64,000 nt of DNA from Spiribacter sp. (GCA_965662395.1 CBFIIM010000001.1:9596-73595), one strand, 5' to 3'; positions 1-9,494 are shown, counted from the first letter of the stretch. Notes: generated by a model not told the origin, from the sequence alone. Made by a program: numbers and translations.

Positions 1-1104
1 GACAAGCGGGAGACGCATCTCTATCAACCTGGACTGACACTGGTCGCCACTGGTATTTGGGATCCGGAAGACGTCGAAGACAGCAACGCCCGGTATATGC
101 CCGCCTCAGCGGAATGGGTGCGTGATGATGTAGCAGCCTTCCACCCGGATAATAACCAGGTTGAGACAGCCAGCGGCCAGCGCATCGACTACGACTATCT
201 GGTGGTTACCACTGGCTTGCAGCTGAACTTTGATGAAATCGAGGGCATGGACACCGATCTGATCGGTAATAACGGTGTTGGCTGCGTCTATGCCACGCCT
301 GATCACGCCCGTCGGACCTGGCAGGCTGCCAACCAGTTCATCGAAACAGGTGGTGTTGGTCTGTTTACCCGACCACCTGGGCCCATCAAATGCGCAGGGG
401 CTCCGCTCAAGGTCACCATGCTGATCGAGCATGCGCTGCGGGAAAAGGGCACCCGAGAAGCGTCTGATCTACATTATTTACCGCCGGCTGGTGGGCTCTT
501 CTCGCAGCCGGATATTAATGAGTTCCTGAAGCGGCACTTCCCGGAAGACCGCAACATCACCATCGACTTTAGTCATCCGCTGGCCGCTATCGATGCCGAG
601 CGTCGTGAGGCCACCTTTGCGACACCAGATGGCCCCAGCACCATGGCCTATGATTTCATTCATGTCGTCCCGCCGATGTCCGCACCGGATATGATCCGCT
701 ATGGCGATCTGGGATGGCAGGAAGGCAAATTCCAGGGCTGGATGGAAGTTGATCAGTACAGCATGCAGCATCGCCGGTATCCCAACGTGTTCGGCGCCGG
801 TGACGTGGTGGGCACCCCAATCGGCAAGACCGCGGCCAGTGTGAAAGCGCAAGCCCCTGTGGTGGCCGATAACCTGACCGCAGCCATTGCTGGGCAGGAG
901 TTCCCTGCGGCCTGGAACGGCTACACTTCCTGCCCGCTGATCATCGAAAAGGGCCAGGCCATGTTGGTGGAATTCGATTTCGAGCTGAAAATGACCCCTT
1001 CATTCAGCTTCCTCGATCCGTTCAAAGCCCAGTGGGCCCCCTGGTTCCTAAAAGATCGCATGCTGCATGCCGCCTACAACGCCATGCTGCGCGGCCGGGT
1101 ATAA
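1..1104 (+). CDS. Sulfide:quinone oxidoreductase-like FAD-dependent oxidoreductase (type II/SqrB-like), 5'-truncated by window edge
   Basis: Frame open from base 1 (DKRETHLYQPGLTLV). Has IKCAGAP and YTSCPL cysteine motifs plus YDYLVVTTG and NVFGAGD FAD-binding motifs. Confidence 0.85.
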   Translation, partial: DKRETHLYQPGLTLVATGIWDPEDVEDSNARYMPASAEWVRDDVAAFHPDNNQVETASGQRIDYDYLVVTTGLQLNFDEIEGMDTDLIGNNGVGCVYATPDHARRTWQAANQFIETGGVGLFTRPPGPIKCAGAPLKVTMLIEHALREKGTREASDLHYLPPAGGLFSQPDINEFLKRHFPEDRNITIDFSHPLAAIDAERREATFATPDGPSTMAYDFIHVVPPMSAPDMIRYGDLGWQEGKFQGWMEVDQYSMQHRRYPNVFGAGDVVGTPIGKTAASVKAQAPVVADNLTAAIAGQEFPAAWNGYTSCPLIIEKGQAMLVEFDFELKMTPSFSFLDPFKAQWAPWFLKDRMLHAAYNAMLRGRV

Positions 1105-1116
1105 GGAGAGCACACT

Positions 1117-1464
1117 ATGGAATTCTCACTACTGGGTATTTTTGCTGTCGTGCTGGAGCTTCTCCGGCCCATCCTGCCGCTGATCGGTATCGTGCTGGTG
1201 GTGGATCTTGTCTTGCTGGCGATGGTCATCGGCCGACACCGCAAACTCAATGTCGGCCGTGGCATCAAACTGGCTACACGGGTCGGAATTGTGGTGGCAG
1301 TGGCTGCTGCCCTCTACTTCCCGATTTGGACCGGCGCCGGTCTGGGTCAGCTTGCCAGCCTCATAGACTTTGCCGGTGTCCTTGGCGGTGGTATCGGCGT
1401 AGGTATTGCCGTTGGGTTGCTTAGCTATCCGCCGCTTCAGCTGCTCGCCGGGAGGGCGCGCTAA
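1117..1464 (+). CDS. Small hydrophobic membrane protein (DUF5368-like)
   Basis: AGGAG RBS, about 3 hydrophobic segments, 12 bp after the SQR stop. Family call from recall. Confidence 0.6.
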   Translation: MEFSLLGIFAVVLELLRPILPLIGIVLVVDLVLLAMVIGRHRKLNVGRGIKLATRVGIVVAVAAALYFPIWTGAGLGQLASLIDFAGVLGGGIGVGIAVGLLSYPPLQLLAGRAR

Positions 1465-1467
1465 TCA

Positions 1468-2439
1468 ATGACTGACCAGCCTGCGCATGAGTCCCGACTG
1501 GCCCATTTTCCGATCCCCTTTTTTGCGATGATCATGGGCCTGTCGGGGCTCACGTTGGCCTGGCAAAAGGCCGCGGCGGTTTTGAGCGCCCCGGCTGTCA
1601 TCTCACAAGGGCTGCTGGTTCTGACTCTGATTGCTTTTGTGCTGCTCGCGATCGCCTATTTGCTGAAATTGGCAAGACACCCCGATGCGGTGCGCGCGGA
1701 ATTCAACCATCCGGTTAAGTTAAGTTTCTTTCCAACGGTCAGTATCAGCCTGATCCTGCTAGGCACCGCATTGCGCGCAGCAACGCCTGACCTTGCCCTT
1801 TATCTCTGGGGCACGGGGGCCGCCGCGCACCTGCTACTGACACTGATCATCATCAACCGCTGGATCCATCACCCGAATTTTCAGATCACGCACATTAATC
1901 CAGCTTGGTTTATTCCGGCTGTGGGCAACATCCTGGTGCCGATTGCCGGCGTTGAATTCGGCTATCTCTCACTGGCCTGGTTTTTCTTTAGTATCGGCGT
2001 AGTGTTCTGGGTAGTGCTGCTAACGATCGTTTTCTATCGCATCATTTTTCATGATCCGCTGCCGCAGCGGCTGTTGCCAACGTTGTTTATTCTGGTGGCG
2101 CCACCGGCTGCTGGCTTTATCGCCTATATGGCACTCAATGGTGGCCTGGATACCTTTGGCCGGATTCAGGTTAATATCGCGCTTTTCTTCACGCTCTTGC
2201 TGGCCATACAATTTCGGCGTTTTGCTGCGTTGCCCTTCTTCCTGTCGTTCTGGGCCTACTCATTCCCCTTAGCGGCAATGACCATTGCCATGCTGATTTA
2301 TCATCAACTGACCGCAACCGCGTGGACCGCGCTGGCTAGCGTCTTTTTGCTGGCTGCCACCACCTTGATTATCACCTGGCTTTTTATCCTTACGTTGAAG
2401 GCTGCACACGCGGGAAAAATCTGTCTACCCGAAGGCTGA
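1468..2439 (+). CDS. TDT-family (TehA/SLAC1) anion channel
   Basis: FPIPFFAMIMGLSGL, HPVKLSFFPT, NPAWFIPAVGN and FFLSFWAYSFPLAA motifs; about 10 TM helices. Confidence 0.9.
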   Translation: MTDQPAHESRLAHFPIPFFAMIMGLSGLTLAWQKAAAVLSAPAVISQGLLVLTLIAFVLLAIAYLLKLARHPDAVRAEFNHPVKLSFFPTVSISLILLGTALRAATPDLALYLWGTGAAAHLLLTLIIINRWIHHPNFQITHINPAWFIPAVGNILVPIAGVEFGYLSLAWFFFSIGVVFWVVLLTIVFYRIIFHDPLPQRLLPTLFILVAPPAAGFIAYMALNGGLDTFGRIQVNIALFFTLLLAIQFRRFAALPFFLSFWAYSFPLAAMTIAMLIYHQLTATAWTALASVFLLAATTLIITWLFILTLKAAHAGKICLPEG

Positions 2440-2582
2440 AAACCGCATCCCGCGGAGGAATTGCGCCAGATCAAGTAAACCGCCAGATCCGCTTTCCCTA
2501 ACCCAGCGACATGGGTAAGGTAAGCCTCAACTTTGCAATGTCTACAAACTGATTCGATATCCATTATCCAAGGGGAAGACTC

Positions 2583-2921
2583 ATGACCGATAACAACTTC
2601 CGCAATGACCGTCGCCGCCTGCTTCGCGGTGTCCTGATGGGCGTGGCGGCTGCACCGCTTGCCTATGTCAGCCTGCGCGGCTCTAACGTGCTGGCACAGG
2701 ACATGCCTGTGCTCTCCGAGGACGATCCGACGGCCATCGCACTTAACTATGTGCATGACGCAACGGAAAAAGACGATATGCGTGAGCCTGATGCCATCTG
2801 CGCTAACTGCCGTCTGTATCTGGGACAGCGTGGCGAAGAATGGGGTGGTTGCACCGCATTCCCGGGCAAAGTCGTCAACACCAATGGCTGGTGCAGCGCT
2901 TGGGTGCGCGTCTCCGGCTAA
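2583..2921 (+). CDS. High-potential iron-sulfur protein (HiPIP) with Tat signal
   Basis: DRRRLLRG twin-Arg leader; EDDPTAIALNYVHDA; four Cys ligands in CANC...GCTAFPGK...GWCSAW. Confidence 0.92.
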   Translation: MTDNNFRNDRRRLLRGVLMGVAAAPLAYVSLRGSNVLAQDMPVLSEDDPTAIALNYVHDATEKDDMREPDAICANCRLYLGQRGEEWGGCTAFPGKVVNTNGWCSAWVRVSG

Positions 2922-2940
2922 GCGGCGACAACCCGCATCA

Positions 2941-2976
2941 AACCCCTTGTCCGCAAAGCGGGCCGGGGGTTTTTTT
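2941..2976 (+). terminator. Rho-independent terminator after HiPIP
   Basis: GC-rich hairpin AACCCC-TTG-TCCGC-AAA-GCGGG-CCG-GGGG followed by T7. Confidence 0.8.
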
Positions 2977-3086
2977 ATGCCTGACCCATCCTATTGAATT
3001 TGCCGGCTGCCGAACTTATGCGCAATGATAGGCTCCAATCACCCCAACGAGCCTTTCAACCCCATATACTCACAGGGTCAGACCAC

Positions 3087-3863
3087 ATGTTGTTACTTCG
3101 ACTGACGATCGCCTGCTCCATGCTGCTCGCTGCCAGCTTTGCTGTTGCTCAGGATTCATCAACCCCCCTGCCCGCCCCCGTGGCTGCTTTAGAGGATCGC
3201 GGTGCAACGATCGGTGCGGCCTTCGATGCGCCAGACGGGCTAACCGGCTACACAGTCAGTTTTCAGGGACAGGTCCTGACTGCTTACGTGACTGAGAACG
3301 GTGATCATGTCGTTGTGGGTACGCTGCTTGATGGAGACGGCACCAATCTGTCCCAGCCCGTGATTGATCAGGCAGCCAATGCCCCCCGTCCTGATGCGGA
3401 GTGGGACGCACTGGCCGATGCTGGCTGGATCCGCGATGGCAGCGAACAGGCCGAGCGGGTTGTGTATGCCTTTACTGATCCCAACTGCCCATTTTGTCAT
3501 CGCTTCTATGAGCAGACACGGGATTGGGTCGATGCCAATGCCGTCCAGATTCGCCATGTGATGGTTGGCGTGCTCAGAGAGGACAGCCTGGCAAAATCAG
3601 CCACCCTGCTGGCCGCCGATGACCCGTCTGCGGCGTTGGCCGCCCACGAGGGCAATTTTGATAATGGCGGAGTCACCCCAGCCAACCAGCTACCCGCAGA
3701 AGCGCAGGCGCAAGTGCAGTCCAACAACACCTTAATGAGCCAGCTGGGTATCCGCGGTACGCCTTCGGTGTTTTATCGGGATGAAGACGGTGCCATTCGG
3801 CTGGTGCGCGGATTGCCGCGTGGTGAACAGCTTGATGCTGTCATGGGCGGAGCCCGGCCCTAG
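3087..3863 (+). CDS. dsbG: Thiol:disulfide interchange protein DsbG
   Basis: Sec signal; FDAPDGLTGY; FTDPNCPFCHRF CxxC; GTP cis-Pro motif. Start moved to the ATG at 3087. Confidence 0.85.
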   Translation: MLLLRLTIACSMLLAASFAVAQDSSTPLPAPVAALEDRGATIGAAFDAPDGLTGYTVSFQGQVLTAYVTENGDHVVVGTLLDGDGTNLSQPVIDQAANAPRPDAEWDALADAGWIRDGSEQAERVVYAFTDPNCPFCHRFYEQTRDWVDANAVQIRHVMVGVLREDSLAKSATLLAADDPSAALAAHEGNFDNGGVTPANQLPAEAQAQVQSNNTLMSQLGIRGTPSVFYRDEDGAIRLVRGLPRGEQLDAVMGGARP

Positions 3864-3878
3864 ACCCGGGGCGATGCC

Positions 3879-4736
3879 CTAGTACTCCAGTCGCTCGCGG
3901 CTGCGCTCAATATAGAGGGCCCGGATACGTTCTACCGCCGGGCCCGGTCGGCCAGTGCCAATGGCTACGCCATCAATCTCAATCACCGGCGTCACAAACG
4001 CGGTGGCGCTGGTCATAAACGCCTCGGCTGCCGACTGCGCCTCGGAAAGCGTAAAGGCGCGCTCCTCCACCGATACATCACAAGCCTTTGCGTAGTCCAG
4101 GACCGCGGCTCGTGTGATGCCATGCAAAATATCTTGGGATAACGGCCTGGTAACAATCGAGCCATCGGTTAATACCAAGTGGGCATTGCTTGAACTGCCC
4201 TCGGTAATTTCACCCTTTTGCACCATCCACACATCATCCACGCCCTGCGATACGGCGGCGGTCTTTGCCAATGACGGATAGAGCAGCTGTGTGGTTTTAA
4301 TATCCCGCCGCTGCCAGCGATAGTCAGGACGAGTCACCACCCGCAAACCGTTACGGGATGCAGGCGTTTCAAGCAACGCTTGGCTCTGCGTGAATAAAAT
4401 GACCGTTGGGGTCAGGTCCTTAGCATAGATAAAATTCCGATCGGCCACACCGCGACTAATCTGCAGATACACCAGGCCTTCGCGCAGCCCATTGCGGGCA
4501 ATCAGTTCGCGATGGACTCCCAACAAATCTGCAGCCACGGGGTCAAAATCAATCCCCAACTCATCTAAGCTGCGGCGCAGACGCCGTTGATGGGCGCTAA
4601 AATCAACCAACCCGCCGTCGATCACAGCGCTGACTTCATACACCGCATCGGCAAATAAAAGCCCTCGATCAAAAATCGAAATCTGGGCCTTATCCTCAGG
4701 CAAGAATGCTCCGTTGACATAGACGATGCGCGACAT
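3879..4736 (-). CDS. dat: D-amino-acid aminotransferase (PLP class IV)
   Basis: ISIFDRGLLFADAVYEV, RRDIKT (PLP Lys), EGSSSN, ILHGITR. Confidence 0.85.
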   Translation of the reverse strand: MSRIVYVNGAFLPEDKAQISIFDRGLLFADAVYEVSAVIDGGLVDFSAHQRRLRRSLDELGIDFDPVAADLLGVHRELIARNGLREGLVYLQISRGVADRNFIYAKDLTPTVILFTQSQALLETPASRNGLRVVTRPDYRWQRRDIKTTQLLYPSLAKTAAVSQGVDDVWMVQKGEITEGSSSNAHLVLTDGSIVTRPLSQDILHGITRAAVLDYAKACDVSVEERAFTLSEAQSAAEAFMTSATAFVTPVIEIDGVAIGTGRPGPAVERIRALYIERSRERLEY

Positions 4737-4773
4737 GTTCTGCTCCGATCAGGGCGTTTGCGTAGCGGCCATA

Positions 4774-5226
4774 CTACCGCAGCTCACGCCAGATCCGGGT
4801 TTGCTGCGCCGGGACAATCATTGACTGCAAAACGACAAAAGTCGATGTCTCTGTCCCTTGGCCGAGCGAAGTGACGCGATAGGCATCCGGGTTCAGTGAC
4901 TCCACCAGCACCCTCGGCGGCGGGGCATCATCCTGAAGCGGGACAACCGACTCAAAGGCCGTGCCGTGGTGCTGCAGATAATCCCGCCAAGCGATGGCAG
5001 AGGAAGGCAACATCGCCACCGAATCGGTGCTCGCGTAGCGCGCTGGGGCATGGATAGCTCGTTGCATCGCGCCCTCGGCAGCCGCCATGGCCTGCTGGCG
5101 GTCCATCGCCGCATGCATCGTCCGGGTTTGAAAGAAACTACGCTCAAGGGCATTCACGGCCAGCAGCGCTGCAACCAACACGACACCCAAGACACCAATC
5201 AATGCCACACCCGATTGCCTGTGCAT
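4774..5226 (-). CDS. pilX: PilX-like type IV minor pilin
   Basis: RQSG|VALI class III leader lacking Glu5; AMAAAEGAM; YRVTSLGQG...VVLQS. Confidence 0.7.
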   Translation of the reverse strand: MHRQSGVALIGVLGVVLVAALLAVNALERSFFQTRTMHAAMDRQQAMAAAEGAMQRAIHAPARYASTDSVAMLPSSAIAWRDYLQHHGTAFESVVPLQDDAPPPRVLVESLNPDAYRVTSLGQGTETSTFVVLQSMIVPAQQTRIWRELR

Positions 5227-6110
5227 TAATACACCCCGTTGCGAAGGGCGACGACACGCTCGATTTGACGCGGATTGCGAGGCGGCTGGCCATTGGCATT
5301 CACAACCTGAAAGCGAAACTGAACGCCGACCACCGGATCATTCAGTACCGCATGCGGCGGGACGAAACGCTCTGCATGACCATCACCATCGATATCAATA
5401 CCGTAGTGCAGTTCCAACTCACTGATGCCTACCACCATTTCCTCACGCTGTCCGGTAGACCCAAACCGACGGTAGAGACTATCGAGCGATGCATCGGCAA
5501 CTGAACGATCCACAAAATAGTGCGTGGTCTCGGGAATATAAATATCCACCACACCCGAGATGGGCGCATATCCATCATCGGGTCGGCGGTTCAGCCGGAT
5601 GTCGCCCGGTCCCCGCCCCAAAGCAGCGCGATGTTCGGCCGTATGGTAGAAGGCCTGACAGTGAGTACCGCCGTGACTGGACACAGCCACTCGAGCACCG
5701 GGTGACAGACCGTGCGCCTGATCCAGCCAAATCCTCTCCCCCGCCGCATCCAGACCGGTGACACGGGCCGTTAATGCCAATTTCCAATACCGAGTCATCA
5801 GGCCAGGCGATGTTGAACCGACCACAACGCCGGGGCTGGCGGGATTTCGCGCATCGATAGTCAGATCTTGCACCAGTGCTGGATGGCAGCCTGGAAAGCC
5901 TGCGCGGCGAATGGTTTGACTCAACAGGCGGGTGGCAAAACGTGCCTGCTCCAAAACCGCTGCTTGAGAACGTTCTACCCGACTCATGCCGTGCGCAGAG
6001 ACCAATAATTCACCGGCGGCAAGCAACACAAAAAGGCCCAGCGCACTGGCAAGCAAAAGTTCAAGGACCGTAAAACCCGCCTGCTCGCGACCCTTCACGG
6101 CTATCGCCAT
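5226..6110 (-). CDS. pilW: PilW-like type IV minor pilin
   Basis: QAG|FTVLELLL leader; IRRAGFPGC; EEMVVGISELELHYGIDIDGDG; VALRN C-terminus. Confidence 0.75.
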   Translation of the reverse strand: MAIAVKGREQAGFTVLELLLASALGLFVLLAAGELLVSAHGMSRVERSQAAVLEQARFATRLLSQTIRRAGFPGCHPALVQDLTIDARNPASPGVVVGSTSPGLMTRYWKLALTARVTGLDAAGERIWLDQAHGLSPGARVAVSSHGGTHCQAFYHTAEHRAALGRGPGDIRLNRRPDDGYAPISGVVDIYIPETTHYFVDRSVADASLDSLYRRFGSTGQREEMVVGISELELHYGIDIDGDGHAERFVPPHAVLNDPVVGVQFRFQVVNANGQPPRNPRQIERVVALRNGVY

Positions 6111-6472
6111 AAGGGATGGACCCACTGCTGCGTTTCAGCCAAAGGGTTCGACTGCCACTGCAGTCTGACTTCGCCAGGCGTATCCGGCGCCGTTGGCCAG
6201 CGCACCTCGACATCCACGGCAGGCAGGGCATCAGCCACCCGAGCGCGCCAGTCATCCATGATGGCGGCGGACAGCGGAGCATCACCCCGTGCTTGCAGCG
6301 TTTCATCTAGGTCTTCGGCCAGCATCTCGGCCTGCCACTGCCACCAAAGCTGACGCAGATTCTGCAATCCCTGCGTCTGCGCGCTCATCATGCCCGTGAC
6401 ACCGATCGCCAGAATGAGGGCGGCGACCATGACTTCGACTAGCGAGCTACCGGATTGGCGTAAAAAAAACAT
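6101..6472 (-). CDS. pilV: PilV-like type IV minor pilin
   Basis: RQSG|SSLVEVMVAALILAIGVTGM leader and helix; first of a V-W-X run. Confidence 0.7.
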   Translation of the reverse strand: MFFLRQSGSSLVEVMVAALILAIGVTGMMSAQTQGLQNLRQLWWQWQAEMLAEDLDETLQARGDAPLSAAIMDDWRARVADALPAVDVEVRWPTAPDTPGEVRLQWQSNPLAETQQWVHPLWR

Positions 6473-6500
6473 GCCATGACCCTATCAGGGGCATGGCATG
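6462..6500 (-). terminator. Rho-independent terminator downstream of nrdJab, overlapping the pilV start
   Basis: Minus strand reads CATGCCATG-C-CCCT-GAT-AGGG-T-CATGGCATG then T8. Confidence 0.75.
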
Positions 6501-6547
6501 CCAGGCGGCCCAACGGTCAGCGGGCTGCTACCGTCGGTCAGTGGCGG

Positions 6548-7261
6548 TTAACCACATTTGCTCTCGCCACAGTTCAAACAGGTCAGGCAACCATCCATGG
6601 TGATCATTGCCTTGGTGTGGCATTTGCCGCAAAGCTCCGCGCCGGGCGGATAGTCACTGGTGCTGTCATCACAATCAGCCTCAACCGGCTCTTGGGCGGC
6701 TCGACCGTCTACTTCGGCACGCTTTTGCGCGATGAATGCCTGCTGATGCTCATCCAGCATCTCAGCCTCCATCATGCCGATTGAGCGCAGATGCTGCTCG
6801 AGCACGTCACCAATCTCCGCCACCAATGAGGGCATGAACCGACCGCCCTTTTTAAAGTAGCCACCCCGCGGATCAAAGACACTGCGCAGCTCTTCGACCA
6901 AAAAAGTGCAGTCGCCACCCTTGCGGAAAACCGCCGAGACGATACGCGTTAGGGCAACAATCCACTGAAAATGGTCCATGTTCTTGGAGTTGATGAACAC
7001 CTCAAAGGGACGGCGCACTTCGTGCTCGGTTCCCTCGTTGAGGATGACGTCATTCACCGTGACATAGAGCGCATGCTCAGAGAGCGGTGTTTTGATCTTG
7101 TAAGTCTGCCCCTCCAGGCGCTCCGGGCGCTGGATTTCTTCATGCATATGCTCAATGGCACTGACTGAATCCGGGCCTGCTACAGGATCGTTGGCGGCGT
7201 TTTTGTCATCGCCCCGGGCCACCGCGTAGTCGATAATTTTACTGTCTATTTTAACGGCCAT
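6548..7261 (-). CDS. nrdJb: Class II ribonucleotide reductase subunit NrdJb (TSCPD domain plus Zn ribbon)
   Basis: TYKIKTPLSEHALYVT, RPFEVFINSK, C-terminal CGKC...GCLTCLNCGESKCG. Start at MAVKID with GAGG RBS. Confidence 0.88.
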   Translation of the reverse strand: MAVKIDSKIIDYAVARGDDKNAANDPVAGPDSVSAIEHMHEEIQRPERLEGQTYKIKTPLSEHALYVTVNDVILNEGTEHEVRRPFEVFINSKNMDHFQWIVALTRIVSAVFRKGGDCTFLVEELRSVFDPRGGYFKKGGRFMPSLVAEIGDVLEQHLRSIGMMEAEMLDEHQQAFIAQKRAEVDGRAAQEPVEADCDDSTSDYPPGAELCGKCHTKAMITMDGCLTCLNCGESKCG

Positions 7262-7271
7262 GGCACTATCC

Positions 7272-9428
7272 TCAGAACTTCCCGTAATAGCCTTCTTTAA
7301 GGGCATCGTAGAGATTGGCGGCGGTATGGACCTCGCCGTCGTATTCCACCTCTTCTCCGCCCTTAAGCTCTACCGTGCGGCCATCCTCAAGGGTGAACCG
7401 ATAAGTGGTGTTCTCAAGATCAGATTCTTTGACCAACACACCCTGGAAGGCTTCGGGGTTAAAGCGGAACGTCGTACAGCCCTTCAGCCCGCTGTGATAG
7501 GCGTAGCGATAAATCCCTTTGAAATCTTCATAGGGGTAATCGGTCGGCACGTTTGCGGTCTTAGAGATGCTTGAATCCACCCACTTCTGTGCAGCCGCCT
7601 GAATATCGACATGCTGCTTCGGCGTAATGTCATCGGCGGTGATGAAGTACTCGGGCAGGTTACGTGTCTCGGCATCCATGCTGGGCAGTGCTGCCTGATC
7701 GATCAGCGCCCGGTAGGCCAACAGCTCAAAGCTGAAGACGTCCACTTTTTCTTTTGACTTCTTGCCCTCGCGAATCACATTGCGGAAATAGTGATGGGCA
7801 AAACTGGGCTCAATGCCATTGGAGGCATTGTTGGCTAGTGACAAGCTGATGGTGCCGGTCGGCGCAATGGAGGTGTGATGGGTAAACCGCGCACCTTTTT
7901 CAACCAGCGCTTCCACCAACTCCGGCTCGGCTTCGGCCACTCGCTGCATGTAACGGCTATAGCGCCCCCACAACACACTGCCTTTGACCTTGTCACCGAC
8001 CTTATAGCCGTCCTTTTTCATCTCCGGACGCAACGCCAACATCCGCTCGGTCACGGCAAATTCTTCGGTCATAATCGGCGCTGGGCCCTTTTCCTCGGCT
8101 AGGCGCAGCGCTTCGCGCCAACCTTCAACGGCCATCTCACGCGAGACCTGCTCGGTAAAGGCCAACGACTCATCATCACCGTATTTCATGCGCAGCATGG
8201 TCAGCGTTGAGCCAAGACCCAGAAAACCCATGCCATGACGACGCTTGCGGTTGATCTCCTCACGCTGGCGCTCAAGCGGCAAGCCGTTGATCTCCACCAC
8301 GTTGTCCAGCATCCGCGTAAACAATGCCACCACCCGACGGTATTCCTCCCAGTCAAAATGGGCCCGATCAGTGAATGGTTCGCGGACAAACTTGGTCAAG
8401 TTAACCGAACCCAGCAAGCAGGCACCGTAGGGCGGCAAAGGCTGCTCACCGCAGGGGTTGGTTGCGCGAATCTCCTCGCAGAACCAGTTGTTATTCATCT
8501 CATTGACGCGGTCGATCAGCACGAAGCCAGGCTCGGCATAGTCGTACGTCGAGGTCATGATCATGTCCCAAATCCGCTGCGCCTTGACCCAGCGGTAAAT
8601 GCGACAAGCCACCAGGCCGTCTTCGCGGGTCAGGTAACCGCTGTTGGTGTTGGGCCACTCGCGCCACAGCACCTGCTGCGGATCGTTGACATCAATGCCG
8701 TCGGTCTCCACTTCATTGGCCTTGATTGGGAAGGCCAGCGGCCAGTCATCACCCGCCTCTACGGCCTGCATAAAGCCATCGGTGATCAGCAAAGACAGGT
8801 TAAATTGACGCAGACGACCATCTTCACGCTTGGCGCGAATAAAATCCGCGACATCCGGGTGTCCCACGTCAAAAGTGGCCATCTGTGCACCCCGCCGGCC
8901 ACCGGCTGAGGACACCGTGAAACACATCTTGTCGTAGATATCCATAAACGACAGCGGCCCCGAGGTGTACGCCCCTGCCCCGGAGACATAGGCACCTTTT
9001 GGTCGCAACGTGGAGAACTCATAGCCGATACCGCAGCCGGCTTTCAGCGTCAGGCCCGCCTCATGCACCTTATCGAGGATATCGTCCATCGAATCACCCA
9101 CCGTCGATGAGACGGTGCAGTTAATCGTGGACGTGGCGGGCTTGTGCTCAAGCGCGCCGGCGTTGGATGTGATCCGTCCGGCCGGAATCGCCCCGCGACG
9201 CAGGGCCCAGAGAAACTGCTCGTACCAGTACTCGCGGCGAGCCTTGGGCTCAACCTCGGCGAGTGCTCGGGCCACACGCTGATAGGTATCATCAACGGTG
9301 TGATCAATAATGTCCCCATCTTTGGATTTGAGCCGATACTTTTTATCCCAAATATCCTCGGAAGCCGGTTGGATCGGGATCTCAGTCACGGCCGAGGGGA
9401 GCGCTCGCAGTTTCGTTGCGGTCGTCAT
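7272..9428 (-). CDS. nrdJa: Adenosylcobalamin-dependent ribonucleotide reductase NrdJa
   Basis: PAGRI, TINC, ATNPCGEQPLPPYGACLLGS, SIAPTGT, DSSISKT. AGGAG RBS before MTTATK. Confidence 0.95.
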   Translation of the reverse strand: MTTATKLRALPSAVTEIPIQPASEDIWDKKYRLKSKDGDIIDHTVDDTYQRVARALAEVEPKARREYWYEQFLWALRRGAIPAGRITSNAGALEHKPATSTINCTVSSTVGDSMDDILDKVHEAGLTLKAGCGIGYEFSTLRPKGAYVSGAGAYTSGPLSFMDIYDKMCFTVSSAGGRRGAQMATFDVGHPDVADFIRAKREDGRLRQFNLSLLITDGFMQAVEAGDDWPLAFPIKANEVETDGIDVNDPQQVLWREWPNTNSGYLTREDGLVACRIYRWVKAQRIWDMIMTSTYDYAEPGFVLIDRVNEMNNNWFCEEIRATNPCGEQPLPPYGACLLGSVNLTKFVREPFTDRAHFDWEEYRRVVALFTRMLDNVVEINGLPLERQREEINRKRRHGMGFLGLGSTLTMLRMKYGDDESLAFTEQVSREMAVEGWREALRLAEEKGPAPIMTEEFAVTERMLALRPEMKKDGYKVGDKVKGSVLWGRYSRYMQRVAEAEPELVEALVEKGARFTHHTSIAPTGTISLSLANNASNGIEPSFAHHYFRNVIREGKKSKEKVDVFSFELLAYRALIDQAALPSMDAETRNLPEYFITADDITPKQHVDIQAAAQKWVDSSISKTANVPTDYPYEDFKGIYRYAYHSGLKGCTTFRFNPEAFQGVLVKESDLENTTYRFTLEDGRTVELKGGEEVEYDGEVHTAANLYDALKEGYYGKF

Positions 9429-9494
9429 CAGGTTCTCCTTGCGCTGTTCGGACACAAGCCAGGCCCGCGTCACAGCGAGCTTTTAGGCATTAAC

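Noticed and set aside
6462-6469. T8 tract after the pilV ATG as a phase-variation switch
   Set aside because: Short for a slippage tract and better explained as the terminator U-tract.
7262-9428. Intein in NrdJa, or a frameshift splitting nrdJ
   Set aside because: Catalytic motifs are contiguous and the length is normal. nrdJb has its own RBS, matching the known split form.
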